Source of the DNA: a virus
Virus record (IMG/VR): IMGVR_UViG_3300040959_000769
Coordinates: 73,167-137,166 of that record
Direction: 5' to 3' (one strand)
Length of the DNA: 64,000 nucleotides
Made by a program: the position numbers and the translations under genes. Within the stretch, counting starts at the first letter, position 1; each line of letters opens with the position of its first letter. Positions 25,476 to 35,944 of the stretch are shown here, in pieces. Under the pieces are notes generated by a model. The model was not told where the DNA came from. It ran no database searches and saw only the letters and a list, made by a program, of their open reading frames with translations.

Positions 25476-28400
25476 TCACGCCTTTGCATCACCAGTTACG
25501 AGCCATGTGTCAGTGCCTCGCTTATGCAACGTTATCATAGACCATTGTTCGCGGGTTTTAAGACCAACCGCAGCGTTAATTGTTACCCCTGAGAGTGCGT
25601 TAACTGTTGCGGTGCCTGTGCCTGTCTGCACAATATTGATAACTGTTCCGATAGGGAATGCGACACTGGCGTTTGTTGGAACATTAATGGTTCCCGTCGA
25701 TGAAAATTCCAAGGTGTGACCTTCGTGGGCGGCATTTAGAGTCATGTTTGAACTGTAAGTGTCATAATCGTGGAGAACACTTGTACCAGCAGGCAATGTA
25801 ACCGTGCCGGTAAATGTCGGCGAAGCCAACGGAGCTTTCAACGCCAACGAGTTCGTGACCGTCGTCGAGAAGTTAGCGTCATCACCCAGAGCCGCAGCCA
25901 ACTCATTCAACGTATCCAAAGTTGCCGGAGCAGAATCAACCAAAGCGGACAATTCCTGCTGAACAAACGCAGTCGTCGCCAACTGTGTGGTGTTCGTTGT
26001 TGTAGCCGCCGTAGGTGCGGTAGGTGTGCCAGTCAAAGCAGGGCTAGCCAACGGGTCATAGTTAACCCAGTTCGCTCCGTCATACCTGATTGCTTCACCG
26101 CTGGAAAGAGAAGTAAATGAAACGTCGCCAATATCTTCAAGAGCGGAAATAATCGGAACGTTCGCGTTCACCCAGTTAGTTCCGTTGTACTTCAAGAACT
26201 CGCCATCAGCCTCAGATGTCAGCGTTACATTGGTGATGTTTGCCAGAGTGTGCGCCGTGTTGACGTAGTTCGTTCCGTTGTAGAGAAGAATGTCGCCGGA
26301 CGTTTCACTTGATGTTGAAACACCACCAGAGTTCTGGATTGTAAGCGGATAGGGAACCCAATTAGTTCCATCAAAGTAGGCAACGTCACCCTCTGAAGGA
26401 GCGAGAGTTGTCATATCAACATCGCTCAATCCACCAATACTGTGATTAGACACGTCCGAAACCGTGCCTGTCACATCACCGGTTACATCACCGGTCACAT
26501 TGCCAGTCAAAGATGCCGTGATGGTTCCCGCAGAGAAGTTGCCCGTTCCATCACGAGCAACAATCGTCCCTGCGGTATTCAGGTTCGTGGCATTAGAAGT
26601 GACCGTGACCGCAGCGCCCTCACCTGTTCCAACGACAGTCAGACCAGTTCCAGAAACACCGACAGATGCGACATAGTCGCCCGTGGTATGCGTTCCCAGA
26701 TCAACACTGTCGTTAGCCATTGCCGTCGTCAGAGTGATGTTCCCGGAACCATCAAACGAAACACCAGCAGCAGTCACATCGCCACTCAAAGCGATGGTGC
26801 GGGCATTTTGCAGAGTCGTAGCCGTTGTTGCATTTCCTGACAAAGCAGCAGTGACCGTCACGAACGTTGGTGAATCCGTCGTGGCAAGACCCTGAATAAG
26901 ATCAGAGGTTTCAACGCTGGTGACACGACCGTACGAATCAGTCGTAACACTTGACACGAATGTTGAGGTAGCGGAACCGGATGTGGAACCAACTGAAACA
27001 GTAGCCAAGTCAATATCGTCGGCATTGACGACAATTCGAGAAACATCGGCTGTTCCAACATTCAGTGTGTTGCCTGTCTGGGCAAGACCCGTACCGGCAG
27101 TGAATGCTTGGGTTCCAGTGAACTGGGTGAACGAAAGTGCATCCGACCCAATTGAATGCGGCGACGATGTTGACGTAACAACGAAGCCCTGTCGGACATT
27201 CGTGCTACCGGCAAGAACGAAAACGGCTTCACCAGGGTTAACGTCGGCGTCGCTACCGTCAAAATCATCTGCCCTTGTAAGAATCCAGTACGCAGTGCCT
27301 GATGCCCCTTGATTCGTTACGACATAGATGCCGTTATGAGAACTTGTTGCTTGATCTTTAACAAGAACACGGTCCCCAGTGTTTGCGTTAGCTCCGTCAA
27401 TGACCAGACGGACCTGGCTTGTTGCGGTAAGCGTCGCCCCCACACCACTTGATCCGTTGTCGTAAGATGGCGTGTCGGGAAGGGTTGTTGCAGTAGCCAA
27501 ACGAACCGCTTCATGCCAGTCAATGCCAGCAGCAATGTTGTCCACGTAAGATTTAGTTACCGCATGACCTGCTTGAGTTGGTGCCGTGCCAAGGCTGACC
27601 GTGTTGAACGTAACGTCATCTGACGTTCCCACCGCCTGACCAATAGCAACGGATGGGGTATTGCCTTCGCCAGTTCCGCCAGTAACTGTGACACCTGTAC
27701 CCCCAGAAACACTGACGGTGTAATTACCTGTCGTGTCGGTTCCAAGAGCCACACTGTCGGCTTGAACTGTTGCGCTGATGTTGATATCGCCAGTTCCGTC
27801 AAATGAGGCAGAACCAGCAACGTCGCCAGAAATCTGAATGGTGCGAGCAGTCGCAAGAGCAGTAGCGGTGTCAGCGTTCCCAGTGACATTGCCGGTTAGG
27901 TTTCCTGTGACGTTACCGGTAAGAGCAGCCGTGACGGTGTTGAAAGTGACGTCATCTGTGGTGCCAACAGCCTGCCCGATTGCGATAGTGGCAGTTTGAC
28001 CTTCTCCCGTAGGATTGGTGATTGTTACACCGGTGCTTTCAGCCAACTCGGCAACATAGTTACCTGTCGTGTCAGTTCCAAGTGCGACCGAATCTGCTTG
28101 GATAGTCGTTGAAATTGAGACATCACCAGAACCGTTGAAACTGACAGAACCAGCCACGTCGCCAGTAAGCGAAATTGTCCGAGGAGTCTGCAATGTTGAA
28201 GCAGTAGTAGCATTACCACTTAAAGCTCCGTAGAAGGTGCTTGCTTGAACATCTGCTAATTCAAACGATGCGTCGCTAGTGTTAACGTTCCCTGAGAGTT
28301 CTGGGTCGTAAGCATTGAAGAACTTCCATCGAGCGTCATCGGTGTCGCGGAAAAGACCAGTGTGGTTGTAGCCGCTGTCGTTGTAGTTGCCAGCGAAACC

Positions 28401-31400
28401 AATATCAACGTTTACCGGTGAAGCGGTACCCGACCATGTGTCCCCACTTGTGTGACCAGTCGCGGCAATAAATGTGATTGAAATGCCGTTATCAAGCGTT
28501 ACACCGTCAGTGTCAATATCAACGCCAGTGGCTTCTGTTGTTGAGAAGTTGTCCTTTGACCATTCAAAGGTGTCCACCCCGCCGGTTCCAGCACCAACCC
28601 CGTCAATCCTGACGTAATAGGTTGTGCTACCAGTTCCAGAGTAGTGACCGGTCAACGTTCCGTCATTAAGACCCGTACCCGAGAATGACGTTGTGGCGAT
28701 GGTGTCGCCGCCATTCAGATAGATCCACGAGTCATCAACACTCAGGTTGTTGACAGAAACTTCTGACTGTGTTCCAAGGATTGTCAGGTTGCCAGCAACA
28801 GTAAGATCTCCGCTGATACGCGCATCGTTACGAACACGAATATCATCAAATACCTCTGAAACAACTTTGACCCGGAAACAACCTGGATCCTGAGCGAGAA
28901 GCACCTCAGCAATCCCAATTGCATAGTTCGGGTAGGTCGGAACAGCCGTGGTTAAAGCACCTGGTGTTGTTGCTGATAGGTGAAGCCTGTCCCCGACGGA
29001 GAAACCGCTGAGGTCAACACCGAGCAAAACACCAGATTCAATAATGAATCCGTAAGCGCCATCAGCGATAGTGCTTTTGGCGACACCACCAACGTTGACT
29101 TTATCTCCATCGCTAGCATCAGCCAGAGCGATGGTTGGGATAGCCGCCGTTTCACCAGTGAAATAGACAGCCGAACCTGCCGGAATACTTACACCTGAAT
29201 CGTTATGAACGTACAACGCCTGCTCTTGACCGAGAGCAATATCAACACCAGTCGTGCTCGTAAATGCACGTAGCGCTTTGTTAGCCGAGTCGTACCAGAT
29301 TCGACCTTCTTCATATGTTGGCGTTGAATCAGGAGTGTAGGTTGAAGCCGCAACGTCGTAATACGACGCATAAACCCGAACGGCTTCAATATCGTTCGGC
29401 GTGTCGTTTGCGCGTCCTGCACCGAGGATAAGAATTTCGCCAGTAGATGCATCCTTACGGATGACTCGACCGATGGCTTGAACTTTTGACCCGATAGCCG
29501 TCGGACGGGTACGTGTCAGTCCGCCACCTTCATCAACATACAGAACATCGTTGACGTCGTACGACGACGTATTCATGTGTTTGATAACGCCGAGGATGAC
29601 GGCGTGACCTTCTGCGTTTGCTGTCAGTTCAGCGGTCGTGATTCCCAGTGCGGGCATTGTTGAAGATGTTGCCGCATCCGAAGGCGACACTTCTGTTTTG
29701 CCACTCGCACCAACCGAACCTGTCGCATAAACAGGCGTACCTTTAGCAATGGTGGAACCCGATGTGTTCTTAACATGAACATATACAGGTCCAGCAAGTT
29801 CACCGTGAATATGGCCAGCGTCAAGAAGACCGTTTACCGTCACATCTTCAAAAGTTACGCTTGCCGTACTGTCAAGAGTGATGGTTGGAGTTGCGCCTTC
29901 TCCAGAGTTATTGGTGAGCGTGACCCCGTTGCCTGCAACCAGGTTCTGAACATAGTCGCCGGTCGTATCAGTACCAAGAGTGACAGAATCAGGCTGAATT
30001 GTCGCCGCAATATTTATATTTGCTGTGCCATCAAATGATGCAGAACCAACCACATCACCAGAAACTTGGATCGTTCGAGCCGTTTCCAACGCTGTTGCCG
30101 TATCAGCATTACCAACCAAATCGCCTGTAACAGTGTTGAAAGTTACGTCATCAGTTGTTCCAACCGACTGGCCGATTTCAATAGTGGGAGTTGCTTTTTC
30201 TCCTGAATTATTGCTGAGCGTGATACCAGTGCCAGCAACGAGATTCTGCACAAACGACCCAACAGTGTGATCACCAAGAGTGATCGCAGCATTGATCCAC
30301 TCCGCTCCGTTGTAGCGAAGAAAGTCGTTAGATGCTGGAGTTGCGACCGTGGTATCTGTCAGACCAGCGACAGTTGGTGCAATGTTGCGCCACTCTCCCG
30401 CCGTTGAATCCCACGCAATAATGTCATCGTTAGAAACAGAAACAATGTTTACGCCAGGAATGTCATCAATTTCTGTCGGCAGCGGGTAGTACGTGACCCC
30501 GTCGTTGGTGAACTCCCAAACATCTTGCGTTTCATCCCAACGAACAGAAACGTTGTTAGAGGTTCCACGTGTGACCTCAATGCCAGCATTCAGCGATGGG
30601 GCGCCAGTAACACCGCTGTTAAGGTTGATGATGTTGTCTTCAACGTACAGGTTTGCGGTGTTCAGAGTTGTTGTTGTTCCGTTGACCGTGAGGTTACCGC
30701 CGACAGTTAGATCAGCAGTTGTCGCAACAGAGTTGAAAGTCACGTTTGACGTTGTTGAAACGTCTTGACCAATAGCGATAGAAGGCGTGTTTCCTTCTCC
30801 GGAACCACCAGTAACAGTTACACCTGTTCCGCCGCTAACACCTTCGGTGTAATCCCCAGTTGTGTCCGTCCCAAGAGCAACACTGTCAGGTTGCACCGTG
30901 GTCGTGATCGTGACATCGGCAGATCCATCAAAAGAAACCGAACCAGCAACGTCTCCGTCAACAGTGAAAACTCGAGGTGTCTGCAAGGCGGAAGCCGTTC
31001 CAGCGTTGCCAGACACATCACCCGTAACATTGCCTGTCAGAGAAGCAGTGACAGAATTGAAAGTGACATCATCGCCAGTCCCAACCGACTGACCAATAGC
31101 AATCGTCGGGGTTGAACCCTCACCAGAATTGTCTGCCAGGTTTACACCGGTACCAGCAACCAAATTCTGGACATAGTCACCAGTTGTGTCAGCACCCAAA
31201 GCCACCGAGTCAGGCTGAACTGTCGCCGCGATATTGACATCCGTGGACCCGTCAAAACTTACAGATCCCGCCACATCTCCAGAGAGTTGAATGATTCGAG
31301 CGGTTTCAAGGATGCTTGCCGAATCAGCATTACCGACAATGTCTGCCGTCACAGTGTTGAACGTGACATCTGACGTGGTTTCAACTTCCTGACCGATTGA

Positions 31401-31760
31401 AACTGACGCTGCTGCGCCTTCACCGGTTCCACCCAAAATGGTGACTCCGGTACCTGCGGTAACGCTCTCAACGTAGTCACCAACCGAGTCGGTGCCAAGA
31501 TTTACAGCGTCATTGATCCACGCAACACCATTCCAACGCAAGAAATCGCCATCAGCAGCAGATGTGATGGTTACATCAGAAATTTCGTCAAGTGTTGCCG
31601 TTGTGTAGTAATAGTCAAGCGAAGTCCATGCAGTAAGACCATCACCAAGTTTGAGTTTCCCAGTGTCCGTCTCGTACCCAAGTTCGCCTTGAGCAAGAGT
31701 TGGATCTTCACTTGTCCAATTCGCCGCTGTATCTCGGCGTAGCTGAATTCTTGTTGCCAT
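25476..31760 (-). CDS. Giant modular tail fibre protein (2094 aa)
   Basis: N-terminal RIQLRRDTAANW...GELGYETDT.KLK.GDG..AW (Mtd_N-like), six ARTI..SGDV.GS.SFDG...DSV.LG.DTTG.Y modules, seven L.D+.DV...G..L.YNG..W.N units, typical fibre C-terminal domain. Confidence 0.85.
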   Translation of the reverse strand: MATRIQLRRDTAANWTSEDPTLAQGELGYETDTGKLKLGDGLTAWTSLDYYYTTATLDEISDVTITSAADGDFLRWNGVAWINDAVNLGTDSVGDYVESVTAGTGVTILGGTGEGAAASVSIGQEVETTSDVTFNTVTADIVGNADSASILETARIIQLSGDVAGSVSFDGSTDVNIAATVQPDSVALGADTTGDYVQNLVAGTGVNLADNSGEGSTPTIAIGQSVGTGDDVTFNSVTASLTGNVTGDVSGNAGTASALQTPRVFTVDGDVAGSVSFDGSADVTITTTVQPDSVALGTDTTGDYTEGVSGGTGVTVTGGSGEGNTPSIAIGQDVSTTSNVTFNSVATTADLTVGGNLTVNGTTTTLNTANLYVEDNIINLNSGVTGAPSLNAGIEVTRGTSNNVSVRWDETQDVWEFTNDGVTYYPLPTEIDDIPGVNIVSVSNDDIIAWDSTAGEWRNIAPTVAGLTDTTVATPASNDFLRYNGAEWINAAITLGDHTVGSFVQNLVAGTGITLSNNSGEKATPTIEIGQSVGTTDDVTFNTVTGDLVGNADTATALETARTIQVSGDVVGSASFDGTANINIAATIQPDSVTLGTDTTGDYVQNLVAGNGVTLTNNSGEGATPTITLDSTASVTFEDVTVNGLLDAGHIHGELAGPVYVHVKNTSGSTIAKGTPVYATGSVGASGKTEVSPSDAATSSTMPALGITTAELTANAEGHAVILGVIKHMNTSSYDVNDVLYVDEGGGLTRTRPTAIGSKVQAIGRVIRKDASTGEILILGAGRANDTPNDIEAVRVYASYYDVAASTYTPDSTPTYEEGRIWYDSANKALRAFTSTTGVDIALGQEQALYVHNDSGVSIPAGSAVYFTGETAAIPTIALADASDGDKVNVGGVAKSTIADGAYGFIIESGVLLGVDLSGFSVGDRLHLSATTPGALTTAVPTYPNYAIGIAEVLLAQDPGCFRVKVVSEVFDDIRVRNDARISGDLTVAGNLTILGTQSEVSVNNLSVDDSWIYLNGGDTIATTSFSGTGLNDGTLTGHYSGTGSTTYYVRIDGVGAGTGGVDTFEWSKDNFSTTEATGVDIDTDGVTLDNGISITFIAATGHTSGDTWSGTASPVNVDIGFAGNYNDSGYNHTGLFRDTDDARWKFFNAYDPELSGNVNTSDASFELADVQASTFYGALSGNATTASTLQTPRTISLTGDVAGSVSFNGSGDVSISTTIQADSVALGTDTTGNYVAELAESTGVTITNPTGEGQTATIAIGQAVGTTDDVTFNTVTAALTGNVTGNLTGNVTGNADTATALATARTIQISGDVAGSASFDGTGDINISATVQADSVALGTDTTGNYTVSVSGGTGVTVTGGTGEGNTPSVAIGQAVGTSDDVTFNTVSLGTAPTQAGHAVTKSYVDNIAAGIDWHEAVRLATATTLPDTPSYDNGSSGVGATLTATSQVRLVIDGANANTGDRVLVKDQATSSHNGIYVVTNQGASGTAYWILTRADDFDGSDADVNPGEAVFVLAGSTNVRQGFVVTSTSSPHSIGSDALSFTQFTGTQAFTAGTGLAQTGNTLNVGTADVSRIVVNADDIDLATVSVGSTSGSATSTFVSSVTTDSYGRVTSVETSDLIQGLATTDSPTFVTVTAALSGNATTATTLQNARTIALSGDVTAAGVSFDGSGNITLTTAMANDSVDLGTHTTGDYVASVGVSGTGLTVVGTGEGAAVTVTSNATNLNTAGTIVARDGTGNFSAGTITASLTGNVTGDVTGDVTGTVSDVSNHSIGGLSDVDMTTLAPSEGDVAYFDGTNWVPYPLTIQNSGGVSTSSETSGDILLYNGTNYVNTAHTLANITNVTLTSEADGEFLKYNGTNWVNANVPIISALEDIGDVSFTSLSSGEAIRYDGANWVNYDPLASPALTGTPTAPTAATTTNTTQLATTAFVQQELSALVDSAPATLDTLNELAAALGDDANFSTTVTNSLALKAPLASPTFTGTVTLPAGTSVLHDYDTYSSNMTLNAAHEGHTLEFSSTGTINVPTNASVAFPIGTVINIVQTGTGTATVNALSGVTINAAVGLKTREQWSMITLHKRGTDTWLVTGDAKA

Positions 31761-32287
31761 TAGCCTGCTGCTCCTCCACCGCTAATGGCTACAATTCCTC
31801 CATACACGGAGTCTGCCAAGCCACCATCAATGTTATGTGGAATTTCGTACTCGTTGTACCATTCACTGGCACTTGAGTCATATTTTAGTATTTGACCGTC
31901 CTGTAAAGATGTAAGGTTCACATCTTCCAAACCTGACAAAACTGCTGTCAGTGTGCGCCAAGTGCTTCCCGATCTGAAGTAAAACGAATCATTAGTTGTG
32001 TCAACAGCCAAAGCGCCGTCTGCCAGCACATCGGTCGGAATACCATTAGTGGTAAGAGTTACAAGACCGGAAGCAGCCTCAAAAATGTCATCGGTCTTCA
32101 GAGAGTCAGAACCAGAACGGTAAAGATTTGTATCAGTTGAAGTTGATCCAGAACCCCAAGAGATTCGACCGCCTGCTTCAACCTTGATACGAACGTCAGA
32201 ATCACCATCAACGGCTACGCTGATGCCATCAGAACCGGCAGATGATAACTGCCGTACTGAAATTGGTACGGTGAATTTCTGAGCCAC
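31760..32287 (-). CDS. Virion/fibre-associated protein
   Basis: TAATG-coupled to the fibre; shares the LEDVNLTSLQDGQILKYD...W.N repeat. Confidence 0.65.
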   Translation of the reverse strand: MAQKFTVPISVRQLSSAGSDGISVAVDGDSDVRIKVEAGGRISWGSGSTSTDTNLYRSGSDSLKTDDIFEAASGLVTLTTNGIPTDVLADGALAVDTTNDSFYFRSGSTWRTLTAVLSGLEDVNLTSLQDGQILKYDSSASEWYNEYEIPHNIDGGLADSVYGGIVAISGGGAAG

Positions 32288-32327
32288 GACTCGTTCCTTG
32301 TTGTTACCCCTCGGGGTTTTTGTTTAC

Positions 32328-33521
32328 CTAGCCAGTAACTACGATTCTGTAGTCCCCGGATGAAATACTGGCACCGTTTATCGTGACGGTGACAACGTCA
32401 ATTGAGGTGCGAACCACATCCGCCACAACGGTTGCGTTTGTTGCTGCCTCAAAAACTTGCACGATCACATCAGAGCTACCCATATTGTGAGTGACCGTTG
32501 TCGTGCTGGTGCTACCCGCAGATGCCGCGCAGTCCTGCGCAGCGACACGGGCAAGAGTTGGCGTGCTGGTCGTTAGACCACTTGAACTTGTTTCAGCCAG
32601 ATTGTCACGAGCATTTGCCGCTGTGCTGGCTCCAGTACCGCCGTAAGCAACGGGAAGGTCAACGGTGTCACTAAGGACTTCAGTTCCGTTGACGTAGTAG
32701 GCGCTGAAATCAACGTCGCCCAGCGTCCCCGAGAAAACTTCGGATGTGTTCGTGGAATCCGGAATAAACGTGAAACGTCCGGTTGAGTCGTCGTACCCGA
32801 AGAAACCGACTTTCGCGCTGGCTCCGTCATGCCACTTGAACTCAATACCGCGATCTTTGTCGTCATCAGACGACGGAGTTGAGTCGCCGCCCAGCGTGAA
32901 GATCGGGTCATCAATCGTGACGGTAGTCGAGTTGACGGTCGTTGTCGTCCCATTGACCGTAAGATCGCCACCGATAGTGACATTTCCAGTTGTTTCAACT
33001 TCTGCAAACGTGACACTCGCGGAAGTTCCAACGTCTTGCCCGATATAGATCTCAATGTCATTATCGGAAGCAACAGTCGTTACCCCTACGCCACCAGTAA
33101 AGTTCAGTGTGTCGCTAAGGAGGCTGACGCCATCTGTTCCCGTGTCAGCAGAGATGTTGAGGATCGTGGCAACGCTTACTTCGCTTGCCGCTGTCAGGCG
33201 ACCCTGCTGATCAACAGTGAAACTTGGGATCGCAGTAGCGGAACCGTATGAGCCAGGTGTTACCGAAGTATCAGCAAGATCAATAGTGACGTCGCCATCA
33301 TTACCGCCACCGTCTAAACCTGTTCCAGCAATGATTGACTGAATGTCACCACTTAAATCTGTCCACGAAGTTCCGTTGTACAGGAAAAGCGTGTCATTTG
33401 AAGTGTTGTAATAGATTTGACCCGTTGTTGGGCTGACAGGGGCAGAAGCCAGGTTCTGGATAGCAGCATTTTGGAGTTCATTCTGATTGAGATCCAAATT
33501 TGTCACAAATTTAGTTGCCAT
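32328..33521 (-). CDS. Tail fibre/virion structural protein
   Basis: Thr/Gly/Ser-rich beta-type sequence; shares LTVNGTTTT.N...+DPI..L...DRGIE module with the giant fibre. Confidence 0.7.
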   Translation of the reverse strand: MATKFVTNLDLNQNELQNAAIQNLASAPVSPTTGQIYYNTSNDTLFLYNGTSWTDLSGDIQSIIAGTGLDGGGNDGDVTIDLADTSVTPGSYGSATAIPSFTVDQQGRLTAASEVSVATILNISADTGTDGVSLLSDTLNFTGGVGVTTVASDNDIEIYIGQDVGTSASVTFAEVETTGNVTIGGDLTVNGTTTTVNSTTVTIDDPIFTLGGDSTPSSDDDKDRGIEFKWHDGASAKVGFFGYDDSTGRFTFIPDSTNTSEVFSGTLGDVDFSAYYVNGTEVLSDTVDLPVAYGGTGASTAANARDNLAETSSSGLTTSTPTLARVAAQDCAASAGSTSTTTVTHNMGSSDVIVQVFEAATNATVVADVVRTSIDVVTVTINGASISSGDYRIVVTG

Positions 33522-33534
33522 TTAGATCCCTCGA

Positions 33535-34017
33535 TCAGGTAAGATACGCTTTCCCGGAAAAAGCCCCAGAAAACTCGACTACTACGTTTTCGTCGTCAAT
33601 ATATGTTACATCACCAATAACCACAGAGTTCGCACTATCCACAATGGTTACAGAGGGAAAACCGCCTAATGGATGGGTAATTTCCCAGGACGCGCTAGGC
33701 GAAACTTGATTAAACACGTAACGTCTACTGGTCGTGAGCGTGAAGAACGGGCTTTCTGGCCAATCAGCGTCACCTTTAGGTCCCCAGAAACGTGCTGGAG
33801 CCTCGGTATCAATGTAAATATCGCCAGCGTTACCTAGCAACGAAGTGGGATCTCCAGTGCCGGAAATAATTGTTCCACCGGCAGAACCCTGAGCACCCAG
33901 TAGAGAAACGACAACACTAAGTTGATCTTCTGAGATACTTACTTTGTTTCGAAGTTCATCTACCTCAAGAGTTACTTTGTCTGGTTCAGTTACCTTGACG
34001 TAAACCTCATCGCTCAC
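33535..34017 (-). CDS. Virion structural protein
   Basis: GTGDPTSLLGNAGDIYID and C-terminal W.ITHPLG..PSVT+VD...V...F...SGKAYL motif seen in tail proteins. Confidence 0.6.
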   Translation of the reverse strand: MSDEVYVKVTEPDKVTLEVDELRNKVSISEDQLSVVVSLLGAQGSAGGTIISGTGDPTSLLGNAGDIYIDTEAPARFWGPKGDADWPESPFFTLTTSRRYVFNQVSPSASWEITHPLGGFPSVTIVDSANSVVIGDVTYIDDENVVVEFSGAFSGKAYLT

Positions 34018-34361
34018 CGGGTCACCTCAAGATCTAATGTCACCGCACCCTTCAAGAGCCGATCTACACGCCCCCCGTTGTTGATGATTTCCAAGTCATA
34101 GACACCATCAGTTGACATTGATGCGGTATCGGCGGATGAAATAGTCAGAGTGACAGTCCCATCAGTTCCACCCAGCTCAATCATTCCGTTTTCGGTTGTT
34201 AATTCAACCATTGTTTCAGTGCTGTCAATTTCGGCTCGAATGTGCATTCTTGCCGTGTAATTAGTGAAATCAAAAAGATCGTTATCTGAATCCCGGACAG
34301 TGATTTCCCTACTGAACGTAGCGCCCTGATAAATTGTGAAGTTATAGACGCCTGCGATCAC
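34014..34361 (-). CDS. Virion structural protein (BppU-N-like)
   Basis: YNFTIYQGATF...FTNYTARMHIR...G.YDLEI..RLLKG pattern; GTG start after GGAGG. Confidence 0.6.
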   Translation of the reverse strand: MIAGVYNFTIYQGATFSREITVRDSDNDLFDFTNYTARMHIRAEIDSTETMVELTTENGMIELGGTDGTVTLTISSADTASMSTDGVYDLEIINNGGRVDRLLKGAVTLDLEVTR

Positions 34362-34434
34362 GATTCCGCCTCCGAACAACAAGAACTACCACGATTTTAG
34401 CGCATATCTTGCCGCTGTCGGGGTCTGGAATGCA

Positions 34435-34463
34435 AAGTGGGGCGGCTCAACACCGCCCCACTT
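34435..34463 (-). terminator. Probable intrinsic terminator
   Basis: 11-bp perfect stem AAGTGGGGCGG / CCGCCCCACTT with 7-nt loop, downstream of gene 34491..34700. Confidence 0.65.
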
Positions 34464-34490
34464 CACTCCTTGTCGGGAGGAACTAAAGAA

Positions 34491-34700
34491 TCAGTCCTCG
34501 CTATCGGTGTCGAAGAAAGAGGCAATCGTCGGATCGCCAATCTTCTGTGAAGCAACGGCTAGAACAGCACCGATCATCGGCAGCAGGATTGCCACCAAGC
34601 CCGGATCCATGTTCCACTTGTTTGCTGCGTAGACGAAAAGACCCATGATGCCGCCTTTGGCAACTTGATCACTCGTCTGCTTCTTGTTGACCTTCTTCAT
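34491..34700 (-). CDS. Small membrane protein, possible holin
   Basis: Basic N-terminus, two hydrophobic segments, acidic C-terminus; GGAG SD. Confidence 0.5.
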   Translation of the reverse strand: MKKVNKKQTSDQVAKGGIMGLFVYAANKWNMDPGLVAILLPMIGAVLAVASQKIGDPTIASFFDTDSED

Positions 34701-34926
34701 CTGTTTCTCCCTGATAGGTCGAATAACTGTTAGTGAGAATAATATCTCCTGCACAGTTTATCATTCCTTGAGCCAGCCACGAGCTCATACCCGGACTCGA
34801 CACCACATGCAGGTCCTGGCCAGACGAATCAGCAGACTCAGCAACAATGATCCAATTGGTGATTAGACGCTGCGGAAGAGCCTCTTCCACCATCTTCGCG
34901 AAGTCAAACTCGTCGTCTTTATCCAC
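34669..34926 (-). CDS. Small acidic hypothetical protein
   Basis: GTG start 2 nt after the previous stop; NWIIVAE...MSSWLAQGMI. Confidence 0.6.
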   Translation of the reverse strand: MDKDDEFDFAKMVEEALPQRLITNWIIVAESADSSGQDLHVVSSPGMSSWLAQGMINCAGDIILTNSYSTYQGETDEEGQQEADE

Positions 34927-34928
34927 GT

Positions 34929-35942
34929 CTATACCGTGTAGTGAATATAAATACGCCAAGGGTCAGTATCATAGGTGGTATCCCCCGGAGGAGCCGTCTG
35001 CCGATATGTAGAACCACCCGCACAAGAAGTAGATTGCAGGCTGCTGTTCGGGTAAATAAGCAACCCAAAACCAGAATTAGTTCCCACAGCAGAACGCGCC
35101 CCAGAACTGAAAGCAACAGTTTCGTGACCGCCAAAATTGATAATTCCGCTAGAAAAACCATTAGGAGTAGCAAGATCAGGTGTCGTTGGTCGAGTGCCAT
35201 AGTTATGGGTGGCAAAAGTAAGGACACCACCACAACCACTTGAAGACGACTTACTGACACTCACAGTCGCAGAATCCGGCGCATACCCGCGAGAAGACCC
35301 AGACGCACCCCCAATAGTGTTGTTGCCATAAAACACGTACCCGTACTGGTAGCTAGAAGAACTGCCAATCCACCCCGAGATAACATCTGAAATGCCTGTA
35401 CGCCAAGGGGTGTTAAATCCTGTAGCCCACGTACCCCAACCGACGTTCAAAGAAGTGCTGATCGGATCAGCGGAAAAAGATCCCCAAGGTTTCGTCGTAT
35501 ACGCCTGAGGCGTCGTGTAACTCGGGTTACCTAAACTGTCAATGTACATAGTTCGATACCAAGCAGTGCTGTAATTCTGTCTATCGCTCGTGCTTACGGT
35601 GTGAGGGGCGGTTCCTCCAGAAATTGAGATATCTGCAACGTCTGTAAAAGCCCAAGGATAATAAGGTGAGTACTGTAGTTTTGCGACCGCAATTCCGCTC
35701 GGGTCAGACGCAGCATTGTAAGAAACGTTGAACCCTCGAACAGAGTCACTCCAAGTGGCAGCGTAAACTGATCCACCTGTCGGACCGCTAACATCGTTCA
35801 CCCAAGCGGTCTGCCAGCCACCTGAATAATATTTCACTCGTTGAGGCACAACCCAACTAGAACCGTTGTAGTACTTGATTTTCTGTTGACCATCAAGAAT
35901 GGTCACCCAGCCAGAACCATTATGGTACTTAATAGCAGCCAT
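34929..35942 (-). CDS. Tail-tip/minor virion protein
   Basis: KYHNGSGW/KYYNGSSW repeats, Gly/Ser/Thr/Tyr-rich; lies in the tail operon. Confidence 0.6.
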   Translation of the reverse strand: MAAIKYHNGSGWVTILDGQQKIKYYNGSSWVVPQRVKYYSGGWQTAWVNDVSGPTGGSVYAATWSDSVRGFNVSYNAASDPSGIAVAKLQYSPYYPWAFTDVADISISGGTAPHTVSTSDRQNYSTAWYRTMYIDSLGNPSYTTPQAYTTKPWGSFSADPISTSLNVGWGTWATGFNTPWRTGISDVISGWIGSSSSYQYGYVFYGNNTIGGASGSSRGYAPDSATVSVSKSSSSGCGGVLTFATHNYGTRPTTPDLATPNGFSSGIINFGGHETVAFSSGARSAVGTNSGFGLLIYPNSSLQSTSCAGGSTYRQTAPPGDTTYDTDPWRIYIHYTV

Positions 35943-35944
35943 GA

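Noticed and set aside
31600-31760. Mtd_N-like domain suggesting a diversity-generating retroelement
   Set aside because: No reverse transcriptase and no near-identical template/variable repeat pair seen in the window.
25770-33251. Many 60-130 aa ORFs on the plus strand and alternative minus frames over the fibre genes
   Set aside because: Expected shadows of Thr/Gly/Val/Asp-biased coding; no independent motifs or translation signals.
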